Source of the DNA: Patescibacteria group bacterium
Lineage (GTDB): Bacteria; Patescibacteriota; Patescibacteriia; 2-12-FULL-57-11
Assembly (NCBI GenBank): GCA_004299275.1
Contig: SCSU01000052.1
Location: forward strand, 1-51,014
Length of the DNA: 51,014 nt
Direction: 5' to 3'
Position numbers and translations under genes: made by a program. Of the stretch, positions 36,581 to 44,279 are shown piece after piece (positions within the stretch are counted from its first letter, which is position 1; each line of letters begins with the position of its first letter). The notes under the pieces were generated by a model. It was not told the origin of the DNA. It saw only the letters and a program-made list of their open reading frames with translations, and did not search any database.

Positions 36581-37903
36581 TCATACCCACCCAAGCATTA
36601 GCCCGTTCGCGGCGAAGGCCGCGCCGACGACTAGGGTATAGATTGTGAGCGCGCGGCGGAGGCGCGAGGGCAGAGTTGTATCAGTAATCTCTGCCGCGGT
36701 GATGAGAACAGCGAGCAGAACCGCCGACAGGATAAAAATCGGCTTGGCGTTGCCGCGTTCGAGCGAGCCAAAGCGGACAGTGTTCGCGATAAGCGCCGCG
36801 AGCGAACCGAGGAAAAATATAGCGAGCAAACCGTCGCCATCCGTCAGTTTTTTTCGCGCTCGAAGCAGAAAGCGCGCCAGGGCGAAAAGAAAGACGGGCG
36901 CGAGCGCGGCGCCGAGCCATACCGCTCGCTGTGCCAACCGCAGCCTTGGCGAAAGCTGGCGCTGCGCCAACCGCAGCCTTGGCGAAGGTTGGTCAGGATT
37001 TTTAAGCAAGTCGTCGTAGTCAGTAACAGTCGCGGCAAACACGACCGACCAAAATGAGTTGGAACCTGCGGGCCAAAAGGGCGAGAAGAAAATGTTGCTG
37101 TCCAGGGTCGTAAAAAAATTCGGCGGCAGGATACCCGGTGCTTTTTTTGCCTCAAAGGTGTTCGTAAACGGGCCGCCGAATTGCTTGGCGCTTGTCACAA
37201 GCCAAGGCGAGGCGATGGCGAGCGCTGTCACTGCTAAGAGCAGAGTGGAAATCAATAGTTTGCCAAGATTGGATCTCCTCGGGAGATCCAATCTTGAGGC
37301 AAAACGATAAATCTGCCAAACGACGATGGAAAAAAGGCCGAGGAAGGCCGTGACTTTGGTGAGGAGCGCGAGGCCGATAATTACTCCCGCGGCCAAGGCC
37401 GAGCTTTTTTTGTCTGGGTCTTTTTGATTGGCAGCGTAAAATAGAGCCAAGAGCAGCAAGAGATGCGCCAGTCCTTCGTTAGAAAAAAATGTTGAGGCGG
37501 TCAGCGCCACCGGCAGAGCGGCAGTGAGGAGAAGTGTGAGCGCCGGAGCCGCCGCTTGTTTGGTTCTCTTAAAACTCCACCAGCCGAGCAGGAAAAATGT
37601 CAGCAAGCCGAACGCCGCCGGCAGATAGGGGAGCGTTTTTTTCGCGGCCTCTGCGCCACCGCTCAGAGTTATTATTGGCGCGGCGATGGCGTAAAAAAGC
37701 GGCTCATGCCAAGCCACGTAAGTTTCCTCAAGCGTCGGCAGGCGCCCGGCGGTTGCCAGTATTTCGGCATAACGGAGATGCGCCCCGCCGTCATAGCCCC
37801 AGTAAGGGTTCCAGACCGAGGCGTTATGGAGACGCAGGAAGATGCCAGCCGCGAGTGCGGCGGCGGCCAAGCCCCACCAAAACCATTTTTGCCATGAAGC
37901 CAT
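36581..37903 (-). CDS. GT-C fold (ArnT/PMT-like) polytopic membrane glycosyltransferase
   Basis: GYDGGAHLRY first-loop acidic motif, HEPLFY, SNE, GLALLTK; about 10 hydrophobic segments. Confidence 0.7.
   Translation of the reverse strand: MASWQKWFWWGLAAAALAAGIFLRLHNASVWNPYWGYDGGAHLRYAEILATAGRLPTLEETYVAWHEPLFYAIAAPIITLSGGAEAAKKTLPYLPAAFGLLTFFLLGWWSFKRTKQAAAPALTLLLTAALPVALTASTFFSNEGLAHLLLLLALFYAANQKDPDKKSSALAAGVIIGLALLTKVTAFLGLFSIVVWQIYRFASRLDLPRRSNLGKLLISTLLLAVTALAIASPWLVTSAKQFGGPFTNTFEAKKAPGILPPNFFTTLDSNIFFSPFWPAGSNSFWSVVFAATVTDYDDLLKNPDQPSPRLRLAQRQLSPRLRLAQRAVWLGAALAPVFLFALARFLLRARKKLTDGDGLLAIFFLGSLAALIANTVRFGSLERGNAKPIFILSAVLLAVLITAAEITDTTLPSRLRRALTIYTLVVGAAFAANGLMLGWV
36927..36992. repeat. 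Tandem 2 x 33-bp in-frame hairpin element (family D)
   Basis: cgctgtgccaaccgcagccttggcgaaagctgg / cgctgcgccaaccgcagccttggcgaaggttgg; encodes QPSPRLRLAQR-QLSPRLRLAQR. Confidence 0.88.
37264..37296. repeat. Palindromic element family A, copy 3 (33 bp, in frame in CDS)
   Basis: caagattggatctcctcgggagatccaatcttg; translated within SRLDLPRRSNLG. Confidence 0.9.
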
Positions 37904-37930
37904 ACGAAAGGTAATGTATCGTAATTGGTG

Positions 37931-37979
37931 AGTAGTTAGTAGTAGGTAGTACGTAGAACATAGTACGTAGAACGTAGAC
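37931..37979. repeat. Degenerate heptamer tandem array (7 x NNTAGWN) in a divergent intergenic region
   Basis: agtagtt agtagta ggtagta cgtagaa catagta cgtagaa cgtagac. Confidence 0.7.
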
Positions 37980-37999
37980 TATAAAACACAGCAGATGGT

Positions 38000-39112
38000 A
38001 TGAAGATTGCCGTTGTTGTCACCACTTTTCCGCCTTATCACGGCGGGATGGGGAATGTTGCGGAAGCACAGGGGCGTCTGCTGGTCCAGGCCGGGCACGA
38101 GGTGACGGTTTTCACAACCGTCGCCGGCGCGGCGGCAGGCGGCTACGTTTTGCGGCGCCTGCGGCCGCTCCTCCGCATCGGGAACGGTGCCCTGATACCG
38201 CAGCTTTTTTGGCGGCTCCGCGGGTTTGACGCCGTCCTGCTCCACTGGCCGGCTTTCGGGTTGCTTGAGGCCGCACTGGTCTGGCGCGCGATTTTTGGCC
38301 ACCGCAGCCGTTTTTTTGTTTATTATCACATGGATGCGGCGGCCGCCGGCGTTCGCGGTTTAATCTTTGCCCTCTACAACCGGATGCTGCTGCCGCTCCT
38401 TTTACGCGCCGCCGACCTAATTTTGGTATCCTCGCGCGACTACGCGGCCCAAGGGTTGCTCGGAAAAGCGCCGGAGGCGGTGCGCCAAAAAATTCGCGAA
38501 ATTCCGCTCGCGGTGGACACGGAATTTTTTTCTCCCGGCGGCTGCGGCTCCGGGGAGCGCGAGCATTTTGGATTGGCTGAAAAAAATATTTTATTTGTCG
38601 GCGGCATGGACCGCGCTCACGATTTTAAGGGTGTGCCGATTCTGCTTAGCGCTTTCGCCGCCGCGGCTATCCCCGACGCGCGAGTGCACTTGGTTGGAGA
38701 CGGCGAACTTCGGGAGTCATATGAACGACAAGCTCAGGAGTTGGGACTCGCGACAGCGGCGCGTTTCCACGGCCGGCTCAAGCGGGATGAGCTCCTGACG
38801 CTTTATCGCTGTTCTGGCCTCCTGGTCTTGCCATCGCTAAATCAGTCCGAGGCCTTTGGTCTAACACTTTTGGAAGCAATGGCCGCGGGCAAACCGGTGA
38901 TTGCCTCTAATCTTCCCGGCGTGCGCACCGTGGTTACGGACGATGTCGGCTGGCTCGCGCCACCGGGCGATACGCTGGCCTTAGCTCGCCTCTTGGAGGA
39001 AGTTTGGCGCGCTCCGGAACGGCTTTTGGCCAAAGGCCAGGCCGCGCGACGGCGAGTTTTGGAAAATTACAGTTTAGAATGTCTGCGGCGGGTGTTACGC
39101 GAAATTATATGA
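38000..39112 (+). CDS. Glycosyltransferase family 4
   Basis: FPPYHGG, LFVGG...KG, EAFGLTLLEAMAAGKPVIAS. Confidence 0.92.
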   Translation: MKIAVVVTTFPPYHGGMGNVAEAQGRLLVQAGHEVTVFTTVAGAAAGGYVLRRLRPLLRIGNGALIPQLFWRLRGFDAVLLHWPAFGLLEAALVWRAIFGHRSRFFVYYHMDAAAAGVRGLIFALYNRMLLPLLLRAADLILVSSRDYAAQGLLGKAPEAVRQKIREIPLAVDTEFFSPGGCGSGEREHFGLAEKNILFVGGMDRAHDFKGVPILLSAFAAAAIPDARVHLVGDGELRESYERQAQELGLATAARFHGRLKRDELLTLYRCSGLLVLPSLNQSEAFGLTLLEAMAAGKPVIASNLPGVRTVVTDDVGWLAPPGDTLALARLLEEVWRAPERLLAKGQAARRRVLENYSLECLRRVLREII

Positions 39113-40296
39113 AGTTACTTGTCGTCTCTTCGCTCTGGCCGCCGGCCGGCGGCGGGGCGGAAATTGTCGCGCGCCGCACCGCTCGTCTCCTCGCCGCGAG
39201 GGGAGACGAGGTTATTGTGGTTAGGAGCGCTCGGCCGGACGAACCAAGGTATCGAGAGCAAGATGAAGAGGGAATGAAGGTTATTTGTTACCGACCTTGG
39301 AATGTTGGAACCGTTTTTAATTTATCAAAATTTGGTTTACCGCGCCGAACGCTCTGGCACATGCTCGACGCCACCAATTTTTTAAGCGCCAAGATTTTCC
39401 GCCGGATTTTGGAAAAAGAACGGCCGGATGCCGTGATCTCCCACGGACTTAAAGGTCTGGGTTACCTTCTACCCCGCACCGCCAAAAAATTCGGCACCAA
39501 GACGATTCACGTGCTCCACGACGTCCAGTTGATTGAACCATCGGGTATTGCCGAGCTTGATGTTGTGCCGACCGCGAGCAGGCGACTGTGGAGCGCCTAT
39601 ACCCGCAAACTTTTCGGCTCGCCCGACGCGGTGCTCTTTCCCTCTCATTGGCTTATGGAACTTTCAAAAAAGTGGGGATTTTTTCCAGAATCATCCTGCC
39701 GTGTGGTTAGAAATCCGGTTGAGAGCGTGACGAGGTCAGACCTCCTCGGGAGGTCTGACCTCGTGCCAGCGGCTCGCTCGCGTACAGCCCGCACGCTTCT
39801 TTTCCTCGGACAGCTTGAGCGTCACAAAGGAATCCGCGAACTGCTCCAGGCGGCGCGGGTAATTTCCTCCGACTATCGTCTGCTCGTCGTCGGTGACGGC
39901 GCGCTCGCGGATTTGGTAAGAGCGGAAGCCGCGCGCAATCCGCGCGTGAGCTATCTGGGCCGGCGCGAGGGAGCGGCGCTCGAGGAAGTTTGGACTGAGA
40001 CAGATTTAGTCATCGTGCCTTCCATTTGCGCCGAAAACGCGCCCAACGTGATTCAGGAAGCCGCGAACCGCGGCTTGCCGGTTATCGCCAGCCGCACGGG
40101 CGGCATTCCGGAGCTCGTTAAAGAAGGGGAGACCGGCATCTTGGTGCCGCCAGGCGACGTTTCTGTTTTGAGTCAGGCGATTGAGGCGCAATTAGGGAAA
40201 ACAGTGAATGACGAAATGAGGCAAGCGATGAGCGATCTGGCGCGGAGCTGGAGCAGTGAGCTGTTTCTTGGCGAATTAAAGGCCGTAATTGCCTAA
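39109..40296 (+). CDS. Glycosyltransferase family 4
   Basis: GGAE, FLGQLERHKG, ENAPNVIQEA..GLPVIASRTGGIPE; ATG 39109 overlaps the upstream stop. Confidence 0.9.
   Translation: MKLLVVSSLWPPAGGGAEIVARRTARLLAARGDEVIVVRSARPDEPRYREQDEEGMKVICYRPWNVGTVFNLSKFGLPRRTLWHMLDATNFLSAKIFRRILEKERPDAVISHGLKGLGYLLPRTAKKFGTKTIHVLHDVQLIEPSGIAELDVVPTASRRLWSAYTRKLFGSPDAVLFPSHWLMELSKKWGFFPESSCRVVRNPVESVTRSDLLGRSDLVPAARSRTARTLLFLGQLERHKGIRELLQAARVISSDYRLLVVGDGALADLVRAEAARNPRVSYLGRREGAALEEVWTETDLVIVPSICAENAPNVIQEAANRGLPVIASRTGGIPELVKEGETGILVPPGDVSVLSQAIEAQLGKTVNDEMRQAMSDLARSWSSELFLGELKAVIA
39731..39763. repeat. Palindromic element family A variant, copy 4 (33 bp, in frame in GT4)
   Basis: cgaggtcagacctcctcgggaggtctgacctcg; translated within TRSDLLGRSDLV in the interdomain linker. 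Confidence 0.88.
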
Positions 40297-40298
40297 AT

Positions 40299-41114
40299 AT
40301 GAGAAAGTCGTGCCGGACGATGACTAATTGGTTGGCGCTCACTTTGCTTGGAGCGCTGGTTTTGACCGGTTGGGATTGTTCTGTTTCCCTGCCCCCAACC
40401 AATCAAGCGCACATTCGCGCGAATGTGCGCTTGAAGGAAGAAGTTTTGCCGCCTTACGCCAGCCGGCGTTTTTATACTATAGAGAATAATGAGACGGCGA
40501 ATTTTCTTGTCCTAAAAATTGAGCCGGCGCTTTGGTCCTGGGGTCTGGCGGAAGACCCGGCAAAACCCAAGTCCGTGGCCGCCTGGCGTGAGGCGAGCGG
40601 CGCGACAGCGGTTTTGAACGCTGCCTATTTTACCGAGAGCGGCGAGCCCAGCGGTTACTGGAAAAATACGCCGACAGTTCCCGTGAGCGCCATATCTTGG
40701 CCGAAGAAGGGGAGCGGTTACACCGGCACGGTGATGATTAAAGACGGCGCGCTCGCGCTCGCCTATCTTCCGTCAGACGCACCGGATCCGGCGAAATCTG
40801 ACGCGATTTTTCTCACCTTCCCGACGCTCATTGCCGACGGCCGGCCGCTGGTGGAAAAAGAAACCGGTCTCAAAAGCCGGCGCACGGCTCTGGCTGAAGA
40901 CCAGAGCGGCACGGACTACATTATTATTACTGAGGAGGGAATTGTTTCGCTCCACCAGTTCTCCCGCTGGCTTTCCGAGCAACCGGAGCGTTTTACGCGC
41001 GCCGTAAATCTGGACGGCGGGCCGTCAACCGGCCTGTCGCTCAAGGACGGCGGAGAGGCGCTGGAAATACCTTCCGCGCCAGTGCCGAATGTGCTCCTCT
41101 TGCGACGAAGGTAG
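40299..41114 (+). CDS. Phosphodiester glycosidase (NAGPA-like) family exported protein
   Basis: Signal/lipoprotein-like N-terminus, LNAAYF, RRTALA, AVNLDGGPST. Confidence 0.8.
   Translation: MRKSCRTMTNWLALTLLGALVLTGWDCSVSLPPTNQAHIRANVRLKEEVLPPYASRRFYTIENNETANFLVLKIEPALWSWGLAEDPAKPKSVAAWREASGATAVLNAAYFTESGEPSGYWKNTPTVPVSAISWPKKGSGYTGTVMIKDGALALAYLPSDAPDPAKSDAIFLTFPTLIADGRPLVEKETGLKSRRTALAEDQSGTDYIIITEEGIVSLHQFSRWLSEQPERFTRAVNLDGGPSTGLSLKDGGEALEIPSAPVPNVLLLRRR
40403..40434. repeat. Palindrome family B, full 32-bp copy inside CDS
   Basis: tcaagcgcacattcgcgcgaatgtgcgcttga (QAHIRANVRL). Confidence 0.88.
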
Positions 41115-41115
41115 T

Positions 41116-41256
41116 CCCTCGACCTGCCTACTCCGCCAGTTGGCGGATTCGGCAGGCAGGCAAGCTCGGGAACTATAATGAACCCAACCACGCCCCGACG
41201 TAACGTCGGGGCGGTATTCGGGCGAACGTAATAAAGTCTCCGAGTGTAATCGAGGG
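41116..41256. repeat. Composite nested hairpin repeat cluster
   Basis: Outer ccctcga..ctcggg / ccgag..tcgaggg arms enclosing cctgcct..aggcagg (itself enclosing tccgccagttggcgga) and ccccgacgtaacgtcgggg. Confidence 0.7.
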
Positions 41257-41291
41257 GCCGCCTTTTATTTTCCTTCGTTTGATTTCCTCCG

Positions 41292-41320
41292 TTGCCCTGG
41301 TCAGGTTCGTGTGATATAAA
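41292..41320 (+). promoter_or_regulatory. Putative extended -10 sigma70 promoter (TTGCCC-N17-TATAAA, TG motif); strong SD AGGAGG before ATG 41359
   Basis: Direct sequence match; ggcaggaggaggatgaaATG. Confidence 0.55.
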
Positions 41321-41358
41321 TTTCGCGCTCGTTAGATGACGGGCAGGAGGAGGATGAA

Positions 41359-42381
41359 ATGAGGAGTCGGCAGTCAGCCGAGACAGCCGGAAAGCTGGCG
41401 CTTCGGCGCATCGAGGAGCTGGACAGCGACCCGCGGGAAAGACTCGGCGAGTTGAGCCGCTACCTGCGGCACTTCCGCGGCTATCCGATTCTCCGCGAGC
41501 AGGCGGATTTCGACGCGCTCCACCGGCAATACCGGTTGGCCAAGGGTGAGCAAAAGACGCGTGCCCGCGACTTGCTGGTCTACGGCAACATCCGGCTCGT
41601 GGTCTGGGTGGCGCGGCGCTACGTTGGGCGAGGTGTGCCGCTCTCTGACCTGCTACAGGAGGGCGTGCTCGGAGTGATGCGAGCGATTGACCTCTTTGAT
41701 CAGTCGCGAGGCACGCGTTTCAGCTCCTATGCCGTGTCGAGCATCCGTCGGCGCATCCGTCGGGTGATTGAAGACGCCAACGAGCGCGGCGCCTTCCGGA
41801 TTCCGAAACATTTGCAGACGAAGATGCGTCAGATTTCGCAGGTGGAAAACCATCTGACGAAAATCCTCGGCCGCCCGGCCACGAATCGCGAGATCCTCGA
41901 CCGCTTGGGTGAATCGCCGGCAAAGACCGCGCTGACGGTGCGGATTGCCGACATTCTTTACTACCAGCGGCGGTGGAAACGCGGCAACGGCAAACAGTCG
42001 CTGGACGCGCCGCTCCTCGCGGAAGGGCTCGATACGCGCACGCTCCATGACGTGGTCGGTGACCTCGGGAAGAATACCGAGGTTCTTCTCGAGGCGCAGA
42101 TGCTCCTCGAAAATCACGAACGCGCGCTCGAGAATCTGGTGCGGAGCGCGGCGCGGGTAAACGCCCGCGACGGGATGCTCCTGAGCAAACGGTTGGGGCT
42201 CGGCAATTTCGAGTCAGCAACGCTCAAGGAGACCGGCGCGGAGGTCGGGGTATCGCGCGAGCGGATTCGGCAGATCGAACGGTGCGCGGCGGCTCGAGTT
42301 GGGCTGACCGTGAGTGAGCTCTGGGAAATCGTCGCCGCGCGCGAACGGCTGGTGAAGCTCGTCTCACTGCTCGCCGGTTAA
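41359..42381 (+). CDS. Divergent RpoD-like sigma-70 family factor
   Basis: Region 1.2-like YLRHFRGYPIL; region 2 NIRLVVWVARRY..RG..DLLQEG.LG.MRAIDLFD.SRG.RFSSYA; region 3 SLDAPL; region 4 TLKETG..VGVSRERIRQIE. Confidence 0.88.
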   Translation: MRSRQSAETAGKLALRRIEELDSDPRERLGELSRYLRHFRGYPILREQADFDALHRQYRLAKGEQKTRARDLLVYGNIRLVVWVARRYVGRGVPLSDLLQEGVLGVMRAIDLFDQSRGTRFSSYAVSSIRRRIRRVIEDANERGAFRIPKHLQTKMRQISQVENHLTKILGRPATNREILDRLGESPAKTALTVRIADILYYQRRWKRGNGKQSLDAPLLAEGLDTRTLHDVVGDLGKNTEVLLEAQMLLENHERALENLVRSAARVNARDGMLLSKRLGLGNFESATLKETGAEVGVSRERIRQIERCAAARVGLTVSELWEIVAARERLVKLVSLLAG

Positions 42382-42406
42382 GAGCGACGCCTGTCGCTCT
42401 TTTTTT
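42380..42406 (+). terminator. Rho-independent terminator
   Basis: aagagcgac-gcct-gtcgctctt hairpin running into a T7 tract right after the stop. Confidence 0.8.
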
Positions 42407-42478
42407 GTTGGACAACGGCGGCCAGAAGTTGTAGCGTAGCGGCGGGTTCTTTACCGACGACCCGGGAAGGAGGATTCA

Positions 42479-43900
42479 ATGGAGGTTTTTTGCCAGATCG
42501 CCGAAGGCGATGTGTCCGAGGATTTCTGCAGCCGCGAACAGGGGAAACCGGAGTGTCAGGGGTGCGTGGCGCCGACTCGTCGTTGTACGGCCTGCAAAAA
42601 ATCCGGCCACCTGGTTGAGCCGCGCCTGGGGCTCTGCGCCGTCTGTCAGCGGGCGAAGGGCAACGGAACAGTAGAGCAGCGCCGGAGCGTGGAGCACCTC
42701 CTCGAGGAACGAACGGCAGCCTTGCGCAAGATTTCGTCTTCGCGCCGGTTCTCGGCCGCCGCTGAACCCGTAGTTGCGCCAGAACCGGCAACCATCGGTT
42801 CGTCAGTCATCGAGGCGATTGATGGGCTGAGTGATCGCAAACGGGAGGTGCTCCGGCTGCTGCTCGGACTGGACGGCGGCGGCGTCCGCACACTGCCGGA
42901 GACGGCCGAAAAGCTTGGCGTCTCCCCGCGCGCGATTTACATGGCGAAGTACGAAGCCGTTAGTTTGCTCCGCGGCCGCGTCTCGGAGCAGGAGCTCGAG
43001 GCGATCAGGCGTTCTATCCCGCGGGGCAAGCGGGAGCGGAGGCGGGCGGTTCCAGCGCCGCCGCCTATGAGCGCCAGTCCGGTCCAAGAGCCAGTTCCGG
43101 TATCGGTTCCGCTCGCTGACGGAGTTGTCGCCATTTCTCAATCGTCAGCGATGCCAGCGGCGGCGAAAGCAACGAAGGCGACTTTGTCGCCGGCGGCGAG
43201 TAAGCCGGAACGCGGACCAAAGGCGGCCGACGCCGCGGCGAAACCGTTGCGAGAGGGCAGAGGGACCGTTTCCCGTTTGCGCGCCAACGACTTGTCCGCG
43301 GCGGTCATCAAGGCGATAGGTCGGTTGCCGGAATTGCAGGCGCGGATTATTCGTCTGCGTCTCGGGATCGGCATTGCCCGGAAGCGTTACCTCCACGAGA
43401 TTGCCAAGGAACTGTGTGTCTCCGAACGCACAGTTCTTCATCACCAGGAGCGGGCGACCGTTGCTCTGCGTCAGTTGCTCACGGACGACGCTTACGCGCG
43501 CGTGTTTAGGATCCTGCGCAGCAGACCGGATCGGCACGAAGCCGGTCGCCGGAGAAGTCACGGGGTCGCCACGAGCGCTCGCCGCGCTGACCAAAACACC
43601 CGGTTTTTCTCCGACGATGATAGGCAGGCGATGCAGAAGCTGCTTTCCCTGCCTGACGCGGGGAAGGGAGAGGTTTTCACTGATCAACGGAGTGAGTCTT
43701 TCGGTTCGGCCGCCGCGATCAGCCGACTGCTCCAGGTTGACCCGCGTCGCCTCAAGTCGTTCCTCACCGTCCACAAGCGCCGCATCCGCCTGCGTTCCGC
43801 GCGGAACGCCAAGGGGGAGACGATACTCTGTTGGTCGTTCACGGATATACAGGGGATCCTCACCTCGTGGATCAGGGCGCAGTTGGCGAAGTCCTCTTAG
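42479..43900 (+). CDS. Uncharacterised protein: 8-Cys Zn-binding N-terminus + two sigma-70 region 4 HTH domains + possible C-terminal HTH
   Basis: C5,C17,CxxC,CxxC,CxxC; LSDRKREVLRLLLGLDGGGVRTLPETAEKLGVS; LPELQARIIRLRLGIG...LHEIAKELCVSERTV; SD gaaggagg upstream. Confidence 0.75.
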   Translation: MEVFCQIAEGDVSEDFCSREQGKPECQGCVAPTRRCTACKKSGHLVEPRLGLCAVCQRAKGNGTVEQRRSVEHLLEERTAALRKISSSRRFSAAAEPVVAPEPATIGSSVIEAIDGLSDRKREVLRLLLGLDGGGVRTLPETAEKLGVSPRAIYMAKYEAVSLLRGRVSEQELEAIRRSIPRGKRERRRAVPAPPPMSASPVQEPVPVSVPLADGVVAISQSSAMPAAAKATKATLSPAASKPERGPKAADAAAKPLREGRGTVSRLRANDLSAAVIKAIGRLPELQARIIRLRLGIGIARKRYLHEIAKELCVSERTVLHHQERATVALRQLLTDDAYARVFRILRSRPDRHEAGRRRSHGVATSARRADQNTRFFSDDDRQAMQKLLSLPDAGKGEVFTDQRSESFGSAAAISRLLQVDPRRLKSFLTVHKRRIRLRSARNAKGETILCWSFTDIQGILTSWIRAQLAKSS

Positions 43901-43905
43901 TTCAC

Positions 43906-43940
43906 CGCAGGCGGCGCAGACGCGCAACCTGCGTTTTTTT
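43906..43940 (+). terminator. Putative Rho-independent terminator
   Basis: cgcagg...cctgcg stem followed by T7. Confidence 0.6.
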
Positions 43941-44023
43941 ATTTTTAAGTCATCCGCGTTTTTTGGCGGAGTCAAATTTTTTCCAGCTATTCTTTACTCA
44001 CTATCCTGCCTTTGGCGGGACCC

Positions 44024-44046
44024 CGCCCCGACGTAACGTCGGGGTG
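44024..44046. repeat. ccccgacgtaacgtcgggg palindrome, second copy (first at 41191-41213)
   Basis: Identical 19-bp core on both sides of the sigma island. Confidence 0.85.
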
Positions 44047-44062
44047 GCTCACGACCAACGAC

Positions 44063-44131
44063 TCACCTTCGATATTCAAAAATCATCACTTTGCCGCCGG
44101 CGATCGGCCAAACCGCGTCGGCGGTTTTTTG
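44063..44131 (-). pseudogene. Diverged duplicate of the last 23 codons of the 44280-46409 gene
   Basis: QKTADAVWPIAGGKVMIFEYRR* versus QKTADSFWSIASGKVMIFEYRR*; 10 mismatches in 69 nt by manual alignment. Confidence 0.8.
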
Positions 44132-44204
44132 CCCGCGCCAGTGCCGAATGTGCTCATATTAAAAAAAGTGAGTCGTGAGTTGTGAGTCGCGGGTAGTTTT
44201 TTCT

Positions 44205-44240
44205 CTCCGCCAAAAAACGCTATAGCATTTTTTGGCGGAG
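44205..44240. repeat. Hairpin ctccgccaaaaaa...ttttttggcggag flanked by inverted heptamer arrays
   Basis: 13-bp stem; gtgagtcgtga (44168) is complementary to tcacgactcac (44273). Confidence 0.65.
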
Positions 44241-44279
44241 TCGAATTTTTTCCACTACACACTACTCTCTATTCACGAC

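Noticed and set aside
41359-42381. Calling the sigma factor the primary rpoD
   Set aside because: Divergent region 2.3/2.4, atypical region 3-4 and island-like context; gene symbol withheld
43145-43975. Long antisense/alternative-frame ORFs (for example 276 aa here, 254 aa at 12361-13125, 245 aa at 17703-18440)
   Set aside because: They overlap well-supported genes, have no recognisable motifs and are expected shadows in GC-rich DNA
41116-44131. Prophage or autonomous IS
   Set aside because: No integrase, transposase, terminase or structural genes anywhere in the window
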